Positions 19,165 to 29,720 of a stretch of DNA of 64,000 bases are shown here, in pieces; positions within the stretch are counted from its first letter, which is position 1, and the number at the start of each line of letters is the position of its first letter. The stretch covers positions 1 to 64,000 of the IMG/VR virus record IMGVR_UViG_3300037657_000053, one strand, 5' to 3'. Both the position numbers and the translations under genes were made by a program. The notes under the pieces are model-generated. The model was given only the letters and a program-made list of their open reading frames with translations, made no database searches and was not told the origin of the DNA. Source of the stretch: a virus.

Positions 19165-20202
19165 ATGTCGATTCCCGTTGTGAACCACGTTATCCCGGTC
19201 GGCTCGAGTGTCGGAGATCCGGCCGAAGGCCCGACGGCTGGACGGTCTCTTGTTGATGTCTGGGGGCGAAACTTTCGCGAACCCCCCGACCCTCCGAGTT
19301 CGGGCCCAACCGGTTCGACTGTCTCGGGGCTCGTTGTCGCGAGCGAGCCTCAATCCGTCTCGGTCAAGTTCGGCGGCTCGGAAGCCGAGCGAGTGATCTT
19401 TCTCTCGCCAATTCATCTTCAAGTGATTACTCCGATCACCCCTCTCGCCGGAACGAAGGCGGGAAATTGGGGTGCGGGATCGGTTGACGTGATTGTCACG
19501 AATCTTGATGACAACGGCGACCCGATTCCCGGTGAGACGGTCACGGTCGAAGACGGCTACACTTATCGGCACGTCAAGCTTGACGCGACCACCCCGAGCG
19601 ACCTTCTTCGCCTTGTCGAGACCTTGATTCAAGAGGTGAAGAAGCAAGTGATCTCCGAGGTGATTCTCACTCAAAGCACCGACTATGATTCGGCGACCGG
19701 CGACGGGTTGAACATCGTCGACATTGCGAAGACCCCCGCAATCGTGATCATCGGACCCGATCTTCCCGAGAATCGTTTTTATTCGAGGAATGATCAACCC
19801 GAGGAAACCATCGGGGACGATGTGTCGATCTATCGCAAACCCCGGACCGTCGATCTTCTCTTCGATGTGATCGGGATTACGAGCGATTCGATCAAAGAGC
19901 TTTTGAACCTCGAAGCTCTCATGAACGAGTTCATGGATCGAAATCTTTTCATTTCGATGATTCGAGATCCCGATGATCTCTCAAAGGGGTTTGTTTTCTA
20001 CGAATTCGACATTCAACCGAACGGTGATTTCAGAACCTCGAAGCGCCCCTCGAATTCTAACATTCGCGTCTTCACCGGCGCGATTCTGATTCGTGGTTTC
20101 GATATCGAGGGATTCGCCGGGTTCTCGCACGACTCTACGATTGGGAAGTCTTCGACTGTGACAGAAGACCCCGATCTTGACGCCAACGTAAAGAATAGGT
20201 AA
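19165..20202 (+). CDS. IPT/TIG-domain tail terminator-like protein
   Basis: GPTAG..V.V.G.NF, V.FGG, GSVDV.VTN; position before sheath. Confidence 0.65.
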   Translation: MSIPVVNHVIPVGSSVGDPAEGPTAGRSLVDVWGRNFREPPDPPSSGPTGSTVSGLVVASEPQSVSVKFGGSEAERVIFLSPIHLQVITPITPLAGTKAGNWGAGSVDVIVTNLDDNGDPIPGETVTVEDGYTYRHVKLDATTPSDLLRLVETLIQEVKKQVISEVILTQSTDYDSATGDGLNIVDIAKTPAIVIIGPDLPENRFYSRNDQPEETIGDDVSIYRKPRTVDLLFDVIGITSDSIKELLNLEALMNEFMDRNLFISMIRDPDDLSKGFVFYEFDIQPNGDFRTSKRPSNSNIRVFTGAILIRGFDIEGFAGFSHDSTIGKSSTVTEDPDLDANVKNR

Positions 20203-20263
20203 TTCTCAAATTGCCGAGCTCGATCGGGATCGAAAGACGGCTCGGGAATCAGGAGATTGAAAC

Positions 20264-20653
20264 ATGGCAAACGTGATCCTCGAAAATCGAACCAAGCGAC
20301 CCTCGAGAATGCTCGTTCTGAATCTCGACGTTGCGATCGCGTCGGTTCGTGTCGAGAACCGAAGCATTGTCGAAACTCCCGACGGCAAGCAACGGGTGAA
20401 GATCTCCACGAAGTCGGTTCCCGACTCGATCCGAATTCCGGCCGGTGGCGAGAGCGTTCCCCTTCCCGAGAAGATCCTTCGGTGTTCCGAGGTGAAGCGA
20501 GCTCTCGACGCTCGAGAGATTCGGGTGAAAGAAGAGAAGCCGGCTGAGAAGGCGGCCCCGAATCCGGCTCTCGTGAAGGCGAGAGATGAGAAGAGGGCGG
20601 CGAAGAGTGTGAAGAAGGCACCGAAGATGAAGATAGAGAAGGCTGCCGAGTAG
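20264..20653 (+). CDS. Hypothetical protein with Lys/Ala-rich tail
   Basis: AGGAG RBS; small gene before sheath. Confidence 0.7.
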   Translation: MANVILENRTKRPSRMLVLNLDVAIASVRVENRSIVETPDGKQRVKISTKSVPDSIRIPAGGESVPLPEKILRCSEVKRALDAREIRVKEEKPAEKAAPNPALVKARDEKRAAKSVKKAPKMKIEKAAE

Positions 20654-20690
20654 CAGGGAACCGAACCTAAAATCGGGAAGGTGAGATATC

Positions 20691-22916
20691 ATGGCAACTC
20701 TACTTTCGAGCAAGGTCGCGATTGAGGAAGAGGAACCGAAGGTTCGGCCGATCACGGCGGTTCAGACGTCGATCGTGTGTGTGGTAGGAGTCACCGAAAG
20801 GGGCCCCCTTTCGACTCCGACCCTCGTTACTTCGTTTGACGAATACGAGGATTATTTCGGCGGCTTCACCACGAATTCGCACGTCGCCCATGCGGCGGCG
20901 GGCTTCTTCGAGAACGGGGGACAATTCCTCTATGTGATCCGCGTTGTTCACTACACCGACATCACGAGCTCTTCGACGTACACATCAGTCAAGGCGACGC
21001 GGAATCTGCAAACGTCGGCGACCGGCCCGACGGCCGGATCTGTCACAGGAACCGAGACCGAGACCTTCTCTCTCGTCAACGGCGATACGATCGTGATCGA
21101 CGTCGACGGGGTTGGGGATGATACTGCGACATTCAACGCGGCGGCGGCCGTCGCCACAAGCTCGAACCCAGAGAACTACGCTCTCGTGAACGGTCAGACC
21201 CTCACCTTCGAGGCGAACGGCGTTGCTCAATCCGTCGTGTTTCTCACGGCGGAATTTGTGGCGATCGGCGCGGCGACGGCTCTCGAAGTTGCGGCTGTGA
21301 TCAATGCAAAGGCGACCGGGATTCAAGCGAACGGGGCGACCGGCTCGATCGTTCTCACGACAGATCTGATCGGTTCGAGCGCGACGATCGACACCTTCGG
21401 AGGAACGGCGGCGGCGGCTCTCGGCTTCGCTTCCCCGGCTCAAGATGCGGTCGGCTCGGGCGACGCTCTCGACGCTTCGGCGGTCACGGTTGCCGAGCTC
21501 AAGACCTTGATCGAGGGAGATATCGCCGGGCTCACTATCTCGAGCGTTGCGGGCGCGGTGAAGATCGCCTCGAACACGACCGGGGTTCTCTCGACGATCG
21601 TCGTCAACGCGACTTCGACCCTCGACACGAAGCTCGGGATCGACAACGCGACGCACACTGGAACCACTGGAGCGGCCGTCGACACCTTGCAGATCGACGG
21701 CAAGACGACGGGCGCCTATGGGAACGCGATCTCAATCGTGATCGCGGCTGCGACCGACGGTGAAAGCGATCACTTCAATCTCACCGTTCTCGTGAGCGGC
21801 GCGATCGCCGAAGAGTTTCCCAATCTGTCGATGATCGACGCTGCCGATCGTTACGTCGAAGAAGTGATCAACGCGACCGACGGAACCGGCTCGAACCTCA
21901 TCGCGGCGACCGATCTCGACGCGGCAACCACGCAACGGCCGGCGAACGGAACGAGCTCGACACTCTCAGGTGGTTCCGACGGTTTGGTCGGTTTGGTCGA
22001 CGCCGACTTTGGAACCTCGGCTTCGGCCGTGATCGGGCTCCAAAGCCTCAACACGGTTCAAGATGTGAACATGCTGATCATGCCTGGTCAAGCGACTTCG
22101 GCCGTTCAGAACGGGATGATCACCTATTGCGAGTCGACTCGTAAGGGGTCGATGTTCGCGATCCTCGACGCCCCTCAGAGCTCGACTTACACCTCGGTCG
22201 TGACCTACTTCGAGACGACGGCAGCCCTTCTCGGGCTCTCGGAATTCGGGGCGGCTTACTGGCCTTGGGTCAAGGTTCAGAACCCTTCGACCGCGATCTT
22301 CGGTACGGATGAGACGATCACGGTTTCGCCGGTCGGTCATATTGCGGGGGTCTTCGCCCGAACCGATGCGAGCACAGAAGGTGGGGTGTACAAGCCCCCG
22401 GCCGGGATCGAAGATGGGATTCTCAAGGGGGTTCTCGGTTTCGAGACAGATGAGGTCTTCGATGAATCGAAGCGAGACTTCGTCTTCCCGAAGCGGATCA
22501 ACATTCTCACGAGCTTTCCCGGGGCGCCCCGTCATATCGACGGCTCGAGAACGCTCAAGGCGAACGGGAACTTCCCCTTCGTCGCGCAACGGCGCGGGGC
22601 GATCTTCATCGAACAGTCGATCAAGAACGGGATCGAATTCGCCCGGAACAAGAACAACACGCCGGCCCTTCGTCGCTCGGTCGAGAGAACGGTTCGCGCC
22701 TTCCTCTTGTCTCAAATGAGAGCGGGCGCCTTCGCGAGTGAAGACCCCGATACCGCATTCTTCGTCGACTTCTCCGACAAGCTCAACACGGCGGCGGTCG
22801 TCAACGCAGGGAAGCTCATCGGGCGAGTCGGTCTCGCCTTCAACACGCCGGCCGAATTCGTAATCGTCCGGTTCTCCAAAGACACCCGAGCTCTCGTCGA
22901 AGCTGCTTCGGCATAG
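20691..22916 (+). CDS. Contractile tail sheath protein
   Basis: GVTERGP..PTLVTSF, GFFENGG, YWPW, G.FARTD...GVYKPPAG, PAEFVIVRF. Confidence 0.93.
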   Translation: MATLLSSKVAIEEEEPKVRPITAVQTSIVCVVGVTERGPLSTPTLVTSFDEYEDYFGGFTTNSHVAHAAAGFFENGGQFLYVIRVVHYTDITSSSTYTSVKATRNLQTSATGPTAGSVTGTETETFSLVNGDTIVIDVDGVGDDTATFNAAAAVATSSNPENYALVNGQTLTFEANGVAQSVVFLTAEFVAIGAATALEVAAVINAKATGIQANGATGSIVLTTDLIGSSATIDTFGGTAAAALGFASPAQDAVGSGDALDASAVTVAELKTLIEGDIAGLTISSVAGAVKIASNTTGVLSTIVVNATSTLDTKLGIDNATHTGTTGAAVDTLQIDGKTTGAYGNAISIVIAAATDGESDHFNLTVLVSGAIAEEFPNLSMIDAADRYVEEVINATDGTGSNLIAATDLDAATTQRPANGTSSTLSGGSDGLVGLVDADFGTSASAVIGLQSLNTVQDVNMLIMPGQATSAVQNGMITYCESTRKGSMFAILDAPQSSTYTSVVTYFETTAALLGLSEFGAAYWPWVKVQNPSTAIFGTDETITVSPVGHIAGVFARTDASTEGGVYKPPAGIEDGILKGVLGFETDEVFDESKRDFVFPKRINILTSFPGAPRHIDGSRTLKANGNFPFVAQRRGAIFIEQSIKNGIEFARNKNNTPALRRSVERTVRAFLLSQMRAGAFASEDPDTAFFVDFSDKLNTAAVVNAGKLIGRVGLAFNTPAEFVIVRFSKDTRALVEAASA

Positions 22917-22944
22917 TAAGGTGAAGGGGAAGAGAGGTTAGACA

Positions 22945-23412
22945 ATGGCCGTCAAGGGAACACCCCGTTCATTTCATAAGAAATTCGCCTTCGTCGTCGA
23001 GATCGAGGGCGTCGCCGTGGCCGCCTTCACCAAATGTTCCGAGCTTTCGGCCGAAGTGGCGGTTGTTACTCAGAACGAAGGCGGTCGGCTCATTCCGTAC
23101 AAGTCTCCGGGTCGAGTTACCGTTTCCGATGTGACCCTCGAACGGGGCGTCGCGAACGGCGATTCGGATCTATACGATTGGTTTCTTGAAGTCGTGACGA
23201 TGAGCGCGAACAGCGGTCTCGTCGATGATGAGTACAAGAGATCGGTCGAGGTTATTCAACTCGATCGGAATGGGAACGTTCTTCGCCGATGGGTTCTTGA
23301 CGGCGCGTGGCCCACAAAGATGGTCGTTGGCGAGTGGGATAACGACGCCGATGAGAACGTCGTCGAGTCGGTGACTCTCGCAATCGACACCTTCGACAAG
23401 CTCGCCGGATAA
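22945..23412 (+). CDS. Tail tube protein (T4 gp19-like)
   Basis: F.VEIEG, EGG, VTLERG, WPTK...G.WD. Confidence 0.9.
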   Translation: MAVKGTPRSFHKKFAFVVEIEGVAVAAFTKCSELSAEVAVVTQNEGGRLIPYKSPGRVTVSDVTLERGVANGDSDLYDWFLEVVTMSANSGLVDDEYKRSVEVIQLDRNGNVLRRWVLDGAWPTKMVVGEWDNDADENVVESVTLAIDTFDKLAG

Positions 23413-23466
23413 CCCGCCGAGCTCACCTTTTGACGTGAGATCGAGAGATCTCAAGGGGCGTCAACT

Positions 23467-24273
23467 ATGCACATCAAGTGTCCATCTGGTTTTGCTGGAG
23501 AGGTGCGAAAACTCAAAGGCAAAGAAGCGAACAACTTGGCCGATCGTCGGCTCGCCCGCACTGGCGAAACCTATGATCGAATTCTTCGGGGTTGCTGGCT
23601 CAACACCGAAGATCCGGGCCCCTATTCGGGAATCGTTCAATCCGGTGAGAGTTCGGTTCCTTGGGGCTCAATCCTCGTGTGTGATCGCTTCTACATTCTC
23701 GCGGCGATTCGGGTCGCTACCTACGGACCCGAATACATTTTCCCAACGAAATGCGGCGAAGACGGACGTGGGGGTTGCGGTCATAAGTTCGAGTGGACGG
23801 TGAACATCGAAACCGATCTTGACGTCTTCGATCTGCCCGATGCGAGCCGGGCGAAGATTGCGGCTCGCGACAATCGCTTCTCTGTGACGCTACAAGGGGT
23901 CTCCTACGTCTTCAAGCTTCTCACGGGCGACGATGAGCGTCGGAGCGGTCAACGGCTTCAGAAGGCCCGCGAGGCCCTTGTAACCACCGCTCTTGCTTCC
24001 CGTATCCTCGAAGTCGGGGGTCTCGAAGGCGGTCGGTCGGCGATTCCTTCCTATCTCGAAGAGCTCGATCTCGATGTTCAATTAGAACTTCTCGAAAAGT
24101 TCGAGGAAGTCGACGGTGGGATTGATACCGATTTCGAGGTTGAGTGTCCACGGTGTGAAAACGTCTATCGGGCCGCTGTCCCTTTCGAGGGATCGGAATT
24201 CTGGACACCGCTTACGCAGAAGCGGCGCTTGGGGAAGAGCTCGAGAAAGACTCGGAAGATGGGGGATTCTTAG
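23467..24273 (+). CDS. Tail assembly chaperone
   Basis: Between tube and tape measure; CPRC near C-terminus; slippery CCCTTTC. Confidence 0.7.
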   Translation: MHIKCPSGFAGEVRKLKGKEANNLADRRLARTGETYDRILRGCWLNTEDPGPYSGIVQSGESSVPWGSILVCDRFYILAAIRVATYGPEYIFPTKCGEDGRGGCGHKFEWTVNIETDLDVFDLPDASRAKIAARDNRFSVTLQGVSYVFKLLTGDDERRSGQRLQKAREALVTTALASRILEVGGLEGGRSAIPSYLEELDLDVQLELLEKFEEVDGGIDTDFEVECPRCENVYRAAVPFEGSEFWTPLTQKRRLGKSSRKTRKMGDS

Positions 24274-24281
24274 TCGCGGGG

Positions 24282-24479
24282 ATGTTTCCCCCATACGAAG
24301 CAAATTGGTTCAATAAAGCAACGGCCGAGCTCTGCTATCATCAACACGGCGGCTCGGGGTTCTCTTTCACCCCTGCCGATGTTGCGCGATTCGACCTTGA
24401 CGAGATAGACTTCTATCTAGATTGGTTGGACGCGCGACGATCGGACGAAGCCGATCGAATCAAACGAGCCAACCGATAA
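24282..24479 (+). CDS. Chaperone extension, probable -1 frameshift product
   Basis: -1 frame is open from 24159 to 24479. Confidence 0.6.
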   Translation: MFPPYEANWFNKATAELCYHQHGGSGFSFTPADVARFDLDEIDFYLDWLDARRSDEADRIKRANR

Positions 24480-24521
24480 ACCGGTTCCCTGGTTTGGAAA
24501 CCCGGGTTTACAGGTGACACC

Positions 24522-27179
24522 ATGGCTCTAAATAATATGGGGCTTGGGTTCGTTTTCACGGCACAAAATCTCGCGTCGGGGACAATCAATCGGTTGCGAG
24601 GTCAACTTGGGGGGTTGGCCGGTCAAAGCCGAATGGCCGGGGTTGCGATGAAGGCGGGATTCGCAATTGCTGCGGGGGGCGTGGCGAACCTTCTCGTCGG
24701 GCTCGGAATACTCGGAGGGGCTTTTGCCCTTGCAGGAGCGGCCGGAAATTTTGAGCAACAAATGAGTCTTGTCGGTCAACTTGCCGATGCTTCTGGCGAA
24801 CGATTGGAACGCCTCAGAAGCGCGGCGATAGAAGCGGGACTAGCGACGAGATTTAGTCCCGATGAAGCTGTAGAGGGTCTAAGGAACCTCATCACGGCTG
24901 GTTTACACGCCGAATTGGCGGCAGAAGCTCTCACTCCAGCTTTGCAAGTTGCGACGTTTGGAATGATCGAAGTTGCCGATGCCGGTGCGGCAATTGTTGG
25001 TTCGATGAACGCTTTCCGTCGTCAAGGTTTGGGGGCGCAACAAATTGCCGATCGTCTCGCAACGGCAATGGCAAGAACGAATTTTCAAGCGACTGATTTT
25101 GCCGTCGGTCTTTCGATGGTTTCGGGTACGGCCGGACTTTTCAATCAGACTCTCGATACGACTCTCGTAGGAATGGGCCTTCTGCGAAATATGAATCTGG
25201 GCGCGTCGACATCAGCAACCGCTCTCCGAGAAGCGATTCGTCGACTCGGTTCGGATCAACGGGCCCAAGCCGAAGCTTCCCGATTGATCGGGATTGAAGG
25301 TATCTTTTCTGAGAACGGTCAAGGTGAAATGAGAAATATCATTGATATCATGGCCGATCTTGATACCGCGATGCAAGATCTTACGGTTGTTCAGAGGCAG
25401 CAACATCTCGCTACAATTCTTGGAGCGAGAGGTTTGAATTTTTTCGCCGCCGTTTCGGGTGCTGAGTTCCGTCAAACGCTAGCCGACGGAACTACTCAAA
25501 TTCTTCGTGGCGTCGATGCGGCCCGAGAGCTCGAGCGGCAAATGGCGAGTTCGGCAGGAATGGCAGATCGCCTCCAACGAGCAGTGAGTGAAGGTAACTA
25601 TGCCGGCGTGGTTACTGTTTTGCAGGGGGTTGGACAAACTCTGCTCATCGAATTCGGGCGTCCTATTGGCGAAGTTCTTGTTCCGATTCTTGTAGTTTTT
25701 CGAGACGTTCTTACTGCAATCACTCGGTTCACGAGTCAGCTTCCTAATCCGTTGAAACGGGCGGGGGCGGCGATCATGCTTCTCTCGGGTCTTCTTTTCA
25801 CCGGGTCCGGAATTGCCGGGCTATTCGTCGCTGCTCTAATTCTGATCATTCCGGTTCTCGATACGATCTTGATCGCGATTGGGGTTCTTGCGGCGGCGAT
25901 GCTTCCATTCATTGCCGCTGTAGGAGCGACCGGAGCGGCGATTGTCGGTTTCGTTCAACTTGTTCGTTTGAACGTCGGAGGAATTGCCGACTTTTTTACT
26001 CGTATTTGGTCGAAGGTTCGTCTCATCTTCAATGGGATCACGCAACTATTTTCTCGAGGTGGATTCTCGGGAGCGGTTCGCGAAGAGATGAATGGGGCTG
26101 AGAACGGGGGAATTCGACAATTTGCGATTTCGATCTTCCGAATCGGATCTCGAATCATGCAATTCTTCCGAGCGATCCAAACCGGGTTCTCGGCAGCGGC
26201 TCGGGCCATGGGTCCGAGGGTGCAAGGGATGCTTCGATCCTTCCGAGAGCTATTTGAAGCTCTCGGCTTTGTGAGCGCGGGGGTGAGCGGTCTCGCAGAT
26301 ACAGATATGAACGCTTGGGCGGAAGGTGGAGCTCGAGTCGGCGCGATCCTTGCCGATGTTCTCGGCTATATTGTTGACGGGATTCGACGAACGACGATGG
26401 TAGCGACGCACATGATAAAATTTTTTGGCGAAGGGTGGGCGCAACTCGCCCCATTCTTCGAGATTCTTGGCGGTCAAATTTCCATGCTGGCGACCGAATT
26501 TCAAGCACTATTCACCGAGTTGAATGTTCACACGGGCGACAACGCTCAAGGAATGATGAGTCTCGGAGAAGTCGCGGCTTTTGTTCTTCGAGGAATCGTC
26601 GGTTCGATCGTTTCGGTGGTAACAGCTATGGTTTGGCTTACTCGTCAAATTGTTGCTGTTATGCGGTTCTTCACGTCGGCGGGGGCGACGATCGGGGATG
26701 GTTTTGCGATCATGTCGATTCGAGTGAGAACAGTTTTCGCGAACATGGTTGATCATATCCGGAATGCACTCGATCAAATTCTCGTCTTCATCGGACAACT
26801 CATCGGTCGCATTCCAGCCGGTTTCCGTCCCCAAGGTCTTGATGACGTCGTCCGATCGGGAATGGAGGCGGAAACGCGAATCAACCAACGGAATGAGAAT
26901 ATCGCCGCTCGAACGGCGGCCGGTCGCCGAGAAGAGGCGACTCGGGGAATTTCTCGAACTCGAGCTTTCGAGGCAATATCACAAGTTCAAGGCCAAGCTC
27001 GGGATCGACAAATGGAAGCGGTCGTGAGAGCACTCGAAACTGAGCGAGCTCGTGATCGAGCAGAAGCGCAACGGCCGATCGAGGTTCATATCGACGGCGA
27101 GCGAGTAGCGTCGGCGGTAGCCGGGGCGAATCGTCGAGAGGGAGCTCGGGGCTTCGTTCCGGTTCCTACCGACGGTTGA
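24522..27179 (+). CDS. Tape measure protein
   Basis: 885 aa, Ala/Gly-rich helical, T.FSPDEA motif, central hydrophobic segments. Confidence 0.92.
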   Translation: MALNNMGLGFVFTAQNLASGTINRLRGQLGGLAGQSRMAGVAMKAGFAIAAGGVANLLVGLGILGGAFALAGAAGNFEQQMSLVGQLADASGERLERLRSAAIEAGLATRFSPDEAVEGLRNLITAGLHAELAAEALTPALQVATFGMIEVADAGAAIVGSMNAFRRQGLGAQQIADRLATAMARTNFQATDFAVGLSMVSGTAGLFNQTLDTTLVGMGLLRNMNLGASTSATALREAIRRLGSDQRAQAEASRLIGIEGIFSENGQGEMRNIIDIMADLDTAMQDLTVVQRQQHLATILGARGLNFFAAVSGAEFRQTLADGTTQILRGVDAARELERQMASSAGMADRLQRAVSEGNYAGVVTVLQGVGQTLLIEFGRPIGEVLVPILVVFRDVLTAITRFTSQLPNPLKRAGAAIMLLSGLLFTGSGIAGLFVAALILIIPVLDTILIAIGVLAAAMLPFIAAVGATGAAIVGFVQLVRLNVGGIADFFTRIWSKVRLIFNGITQLFSRGGFSGAVREEMNGAENGGIRQFAISIFRIGSRIMQFFRAIQTGFSAAARAMGPRVQGMLRSFRELFEALGFVSAGVSGLADTDMNAWAEGGARVGAILADVLGYIVDGIRRTTMVATHMIKFFGEGWAQLAPFFEILGGQISMLATEFQALFTELNVHTGDNAQGMMSLGEVAAFVLRGIVGSIVSVVTAMVWLTRQIVAVMRFFTSAGATIGDGFAIMSIRVRTVFANMVDHIRNALDQILVFIGQLIGRIPAGFRPQGLDDVVRSGMEAETRINQRNENIAARTAAGRREEATRGISRTRAFEAISQVQGQARDRQMEAVVRALETERARDRAEAQRPIEVHIDGERVASAVAGANRREGARGFVPVPTDG

Positions 27180-27190
27180 GGTGACGAGAG

Positions 27191-27793
27191 ATGAGCTTCG
27201 CGGGCGACGCGGGGGCCAGACCCCCTCAAGTGAGCTTCACTGCTCTTCGGACCGGTGAGACCTATTACATGCCTTATGTTCCCGAGACGTTCACCGAGAA
27301 GGTCGAGGCGAAGTATTCGAGCCAAACAATTCTTGGAATGAGTCACGAGAACGACCAATTCTCAAACACGACGAATCATTCCTTCGAGAAGCTCTCTTTC
27401 TATTTCAAGGGTGAGAGAGAAGACGACACTGCTCGGATTCATGAGGGACGGAAATTTCTTCTTTCGCTCTGCTATCCTCCGGCCGGGGCGGGCTCGGTTC
27501 GGGACGGGGGCCCGACTCGGGTTCTCTTCATTTGGCCCCTTATGGTGACCATGACTTGTAAGGTCGAGTCAGTCACGATCAGTCATGAGAAGTTCAATCG
27601 GCAGGGGTTGACCACGCAATTCAGAGCAGAGATCGAGCTCAGTGAGATTAGAGATCAACGGTTGACCGCAGAAGAGGTTCGCGAAAATGGAACCCTTCGA
27701 TCGCCCGACGTCGGTTCTCAGCTTCGAGATTTGCCGACTTTTCTCGATGGATCGCTAGAGTTGAGAGATCTTCCCGACGACTTCGGAGGTTGA
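27191..27793 (+). CDS. Tail tube initiator/baseplate protein
   Basis: P.RVLF.W, V.ISHEKF...G...RA...L.E; follows tape measure. Confidence 0.65.
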   Translation: MSFAGDAGARPPQVSFTALRTGETYYMPYVPETFTEKVEAKYSSQTILGMSHENDQFSNTTNHSFEKLSFYFKGEREDDTARIHEGRKFLLSLCYPPAGAGSVRDGGPTRVLFIWPLMVTMTCKVESVTISHEKFNRQGLTTQFRAEIELSEIRDQRLTAEEVRENGTLRSPDVGSQLRDLPTFLDGSLELRDLPDDFGG

Positions 27794-27794
27794 C

Positions 27795-28130
27795 ATGCCC
27801 CCTCGACAGAATAGTCGCTACAGTTTTTCTCGAGGTTACACCGACGAGAGCGGCGCCTTCGTTTTGACCGATCCGGTTCCTTTTCGCTTTCATCCTTACA
27901 CCGACAACCGATTTCACACCATCACAAGTGAAGATTCTCTCTTCACTCTCGCGGCGAAATACTTCAAGCGATTTCCCCGCCCCAATGGCTTATGGTGGAT
28001 CATCGCCGACTTTCAACCTGACCCGATTCACGATCCGACTCGGCGGCTCGGGGTGGGAACGGTTCTCGTGATTCCTTCCGATCGGACCGTCCAAGAGAAC
28101 ATCTTCGCGTCGAAGCGTTATGACGAATAA
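27795..28130 (+). CDS. LysM/tail-X-like baseplate protein
   Basis: DSLFTLAAKY...LWWIIADF...G.VLVIP. Confidence 0.75.
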   Translation: MPPRQNSRYSFSRGYTDESGAFVLTDPVPFRFHPYTDNRFHTITSEDSLFTLAAKYFKRFPRPNGLWWIIADFQPDPIHDPTRRLGVGTVLVIPSDRTVQENIFASKRYDE

Positions 28131-28160
28131 GCTGGAAACCCGGGTTTACAAGGTGAAGTC

Positions 28161-29720
28161 ATGACCGTTCGTGACCGTTCGGCGCCCATGCTTCTCGTGC
28201 GCCTTCAAGATCAGAACAATGAATACCGGGTCGTGACCGACTCGGTTCTCTCGTTTTCGTACACCGACGCGGAACGCAAAACCGACACGGTGAAGATCAC
28301 CGTTGATAACTCGAACCTTGAACAATTCGACGATCCGGTTTGGAGGAAGGGGGGGCGAATTCGGGTTTCGTGGGGTTATCCCGGCGCTATGGCGCCCGAG
28401 CGAACGTGTGTGATCACTTCTGTGAAGGGGTTTCGTGAGCTCTCGATCGAGGCGAACGGTGAAGACGTGACGATGAACACTATTCAACGTCAACGATCTT
28501 TCGAGTCAATGACGATCTCTCAGATTGCCGAACAGATCGCCGACGAGTATGGTTTCGGGCCCGATGTTCGGTTCATCGACGACACAGGTGAGCGGCGTTT
28601 GATCGTCGCACAAGCGAATCTGACAGATGCTCAATTCTTGCGGCAACGTGCGAGCGAAGAAGGTTTTGAATTTTACGTCGATTTTGACGGCTTCCACTTC
28701 CACGAGCGGCGGCTTGGGGAACCCCCGGTTCGAGTTCTTCGATACTTCATCGATCAAGGCGCGGGCGACTTTATCGGCGATCCGTCAATTGAGAACGATC
28801 TCACGGCTCGCCCGGGGCGCGTTCGAGCTCGGGGGCGCAATCCCCGAACCCGAACCGATATTGACGTTGCGGCTGATAACGCGAGCGATAACCATCGAGA
28901 CACTCTCGCAGAGACGGTCGAGTTGATCGATCCCGATACAGGTGACGCTTCGACTGTCGAGCATCGCGTCGCTTCCGAGTCGACGATCAGAACACCGGCA
29001 AGCAATGACGAACGAGCGAGCCGTGGGGCTCGGGGTCGATTCAGGCGAGCTCAACAAGTAGCGGTCAAGATGACTTGTTCGATCATCGGCGATCCGACTC
29101 TTTTAGCGAAGACGATCGTCCAAGTCGAGGGAATGGGCCGTCGGCTCTCGGTGAAATACTACATAACCGAGGTGACACACGATCTCGCCCCTTCGGGCTA
29201 TGAATGTAAGTTGAAGATGGTTTCGGATGGTCACGGTGGACACTCGACGGTGAGCCGGCAAGCAGAGGGGCTTTCGATGATCGGTGTTCAACAGCAACGC
29301 TCGAATCGCTCTCGAGGGGGTGGTTCCTCGGGAGACGTCGCGGGAAGGCTCTCACGGGCTCTCAGCGCGGCGAGAGCGGCGGGCGATACAGACTCCGTTC
29401 GAGCTCTTGAACGCGCTCAGAGGGCCTATCAGGGCGGCGGAAACGCCAACCGGGCGGAAGTGTCTCGAGCTCTCGATCAAGTCGCTCGGAATCCGAACGC
29501 TTCGAGCGAGGTTCGGGGCGAAGCGGCGGCGGCTCGAGGCGAACTCAATCAACGGGGAGCCGAGACGGCTTCAGGTGGGCGCCCGAATCGGAACGTGGCA
29601 AATGATCGAGAGAATGATTCTCTCGAGCCGGTCGAGGTGATTGATCCTGACTCGGGAGCTTCGATGATTCGTTATAACCAGACGCCCGGCCGGGGCTCAA
29701 CTCCTCGGTCTTCGAGGTGA
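28161..29720 (+). CDS. Baseplate hub (gpD/gp27-like)
   Basis: WGY, Q.N.TD..FL, GF.FYV, GDP.L, Y.IT.V.H motifs. Confidence 0.8.
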   Translation: MTVRDRSAPMLLVRLQDQNNEYRVVTDSVLSFSYTDAERKTDTVKITVDNSNLEQFDDPVWRKGGRIRVSWGYPGAMAPERTCVITSVKGFRELSIEANGEDVTMNTIQRQRSFESMTISQIAEQIADEYGFGPDVRFIDDTGERRLIVAQANLTDAQFLRQRASEEGFEFYVDFDGFHFHERRLGEPPVRVLRYFIDQGAGDFIGDPSIENDLTARPGRVRARGRNPRTRTDIDVAADNASDNHRDTLAETVELIDPDTGDASTVEHRVASESTIRTPASNDERASRGARGRFRRAQQVAVKMTCSIIGDPTLLAKTIVQVEGMGRRLSVKYYITEVTHDLAPSGYECKLKMVSDGHGGHSTVSRQAEGLSMIGVQQQRSNRSRGGGSSGDVAGRLSRALSAARAAGDTDSVRALERAQRAYQGGGNANRAEVSRALDQVARNPNASSEVRGEAAAARGELNQRGAETASGGRPNRNVANDRENDSLEPVEVIDPDSGASMIRYNQTPGRGSTPRSSR

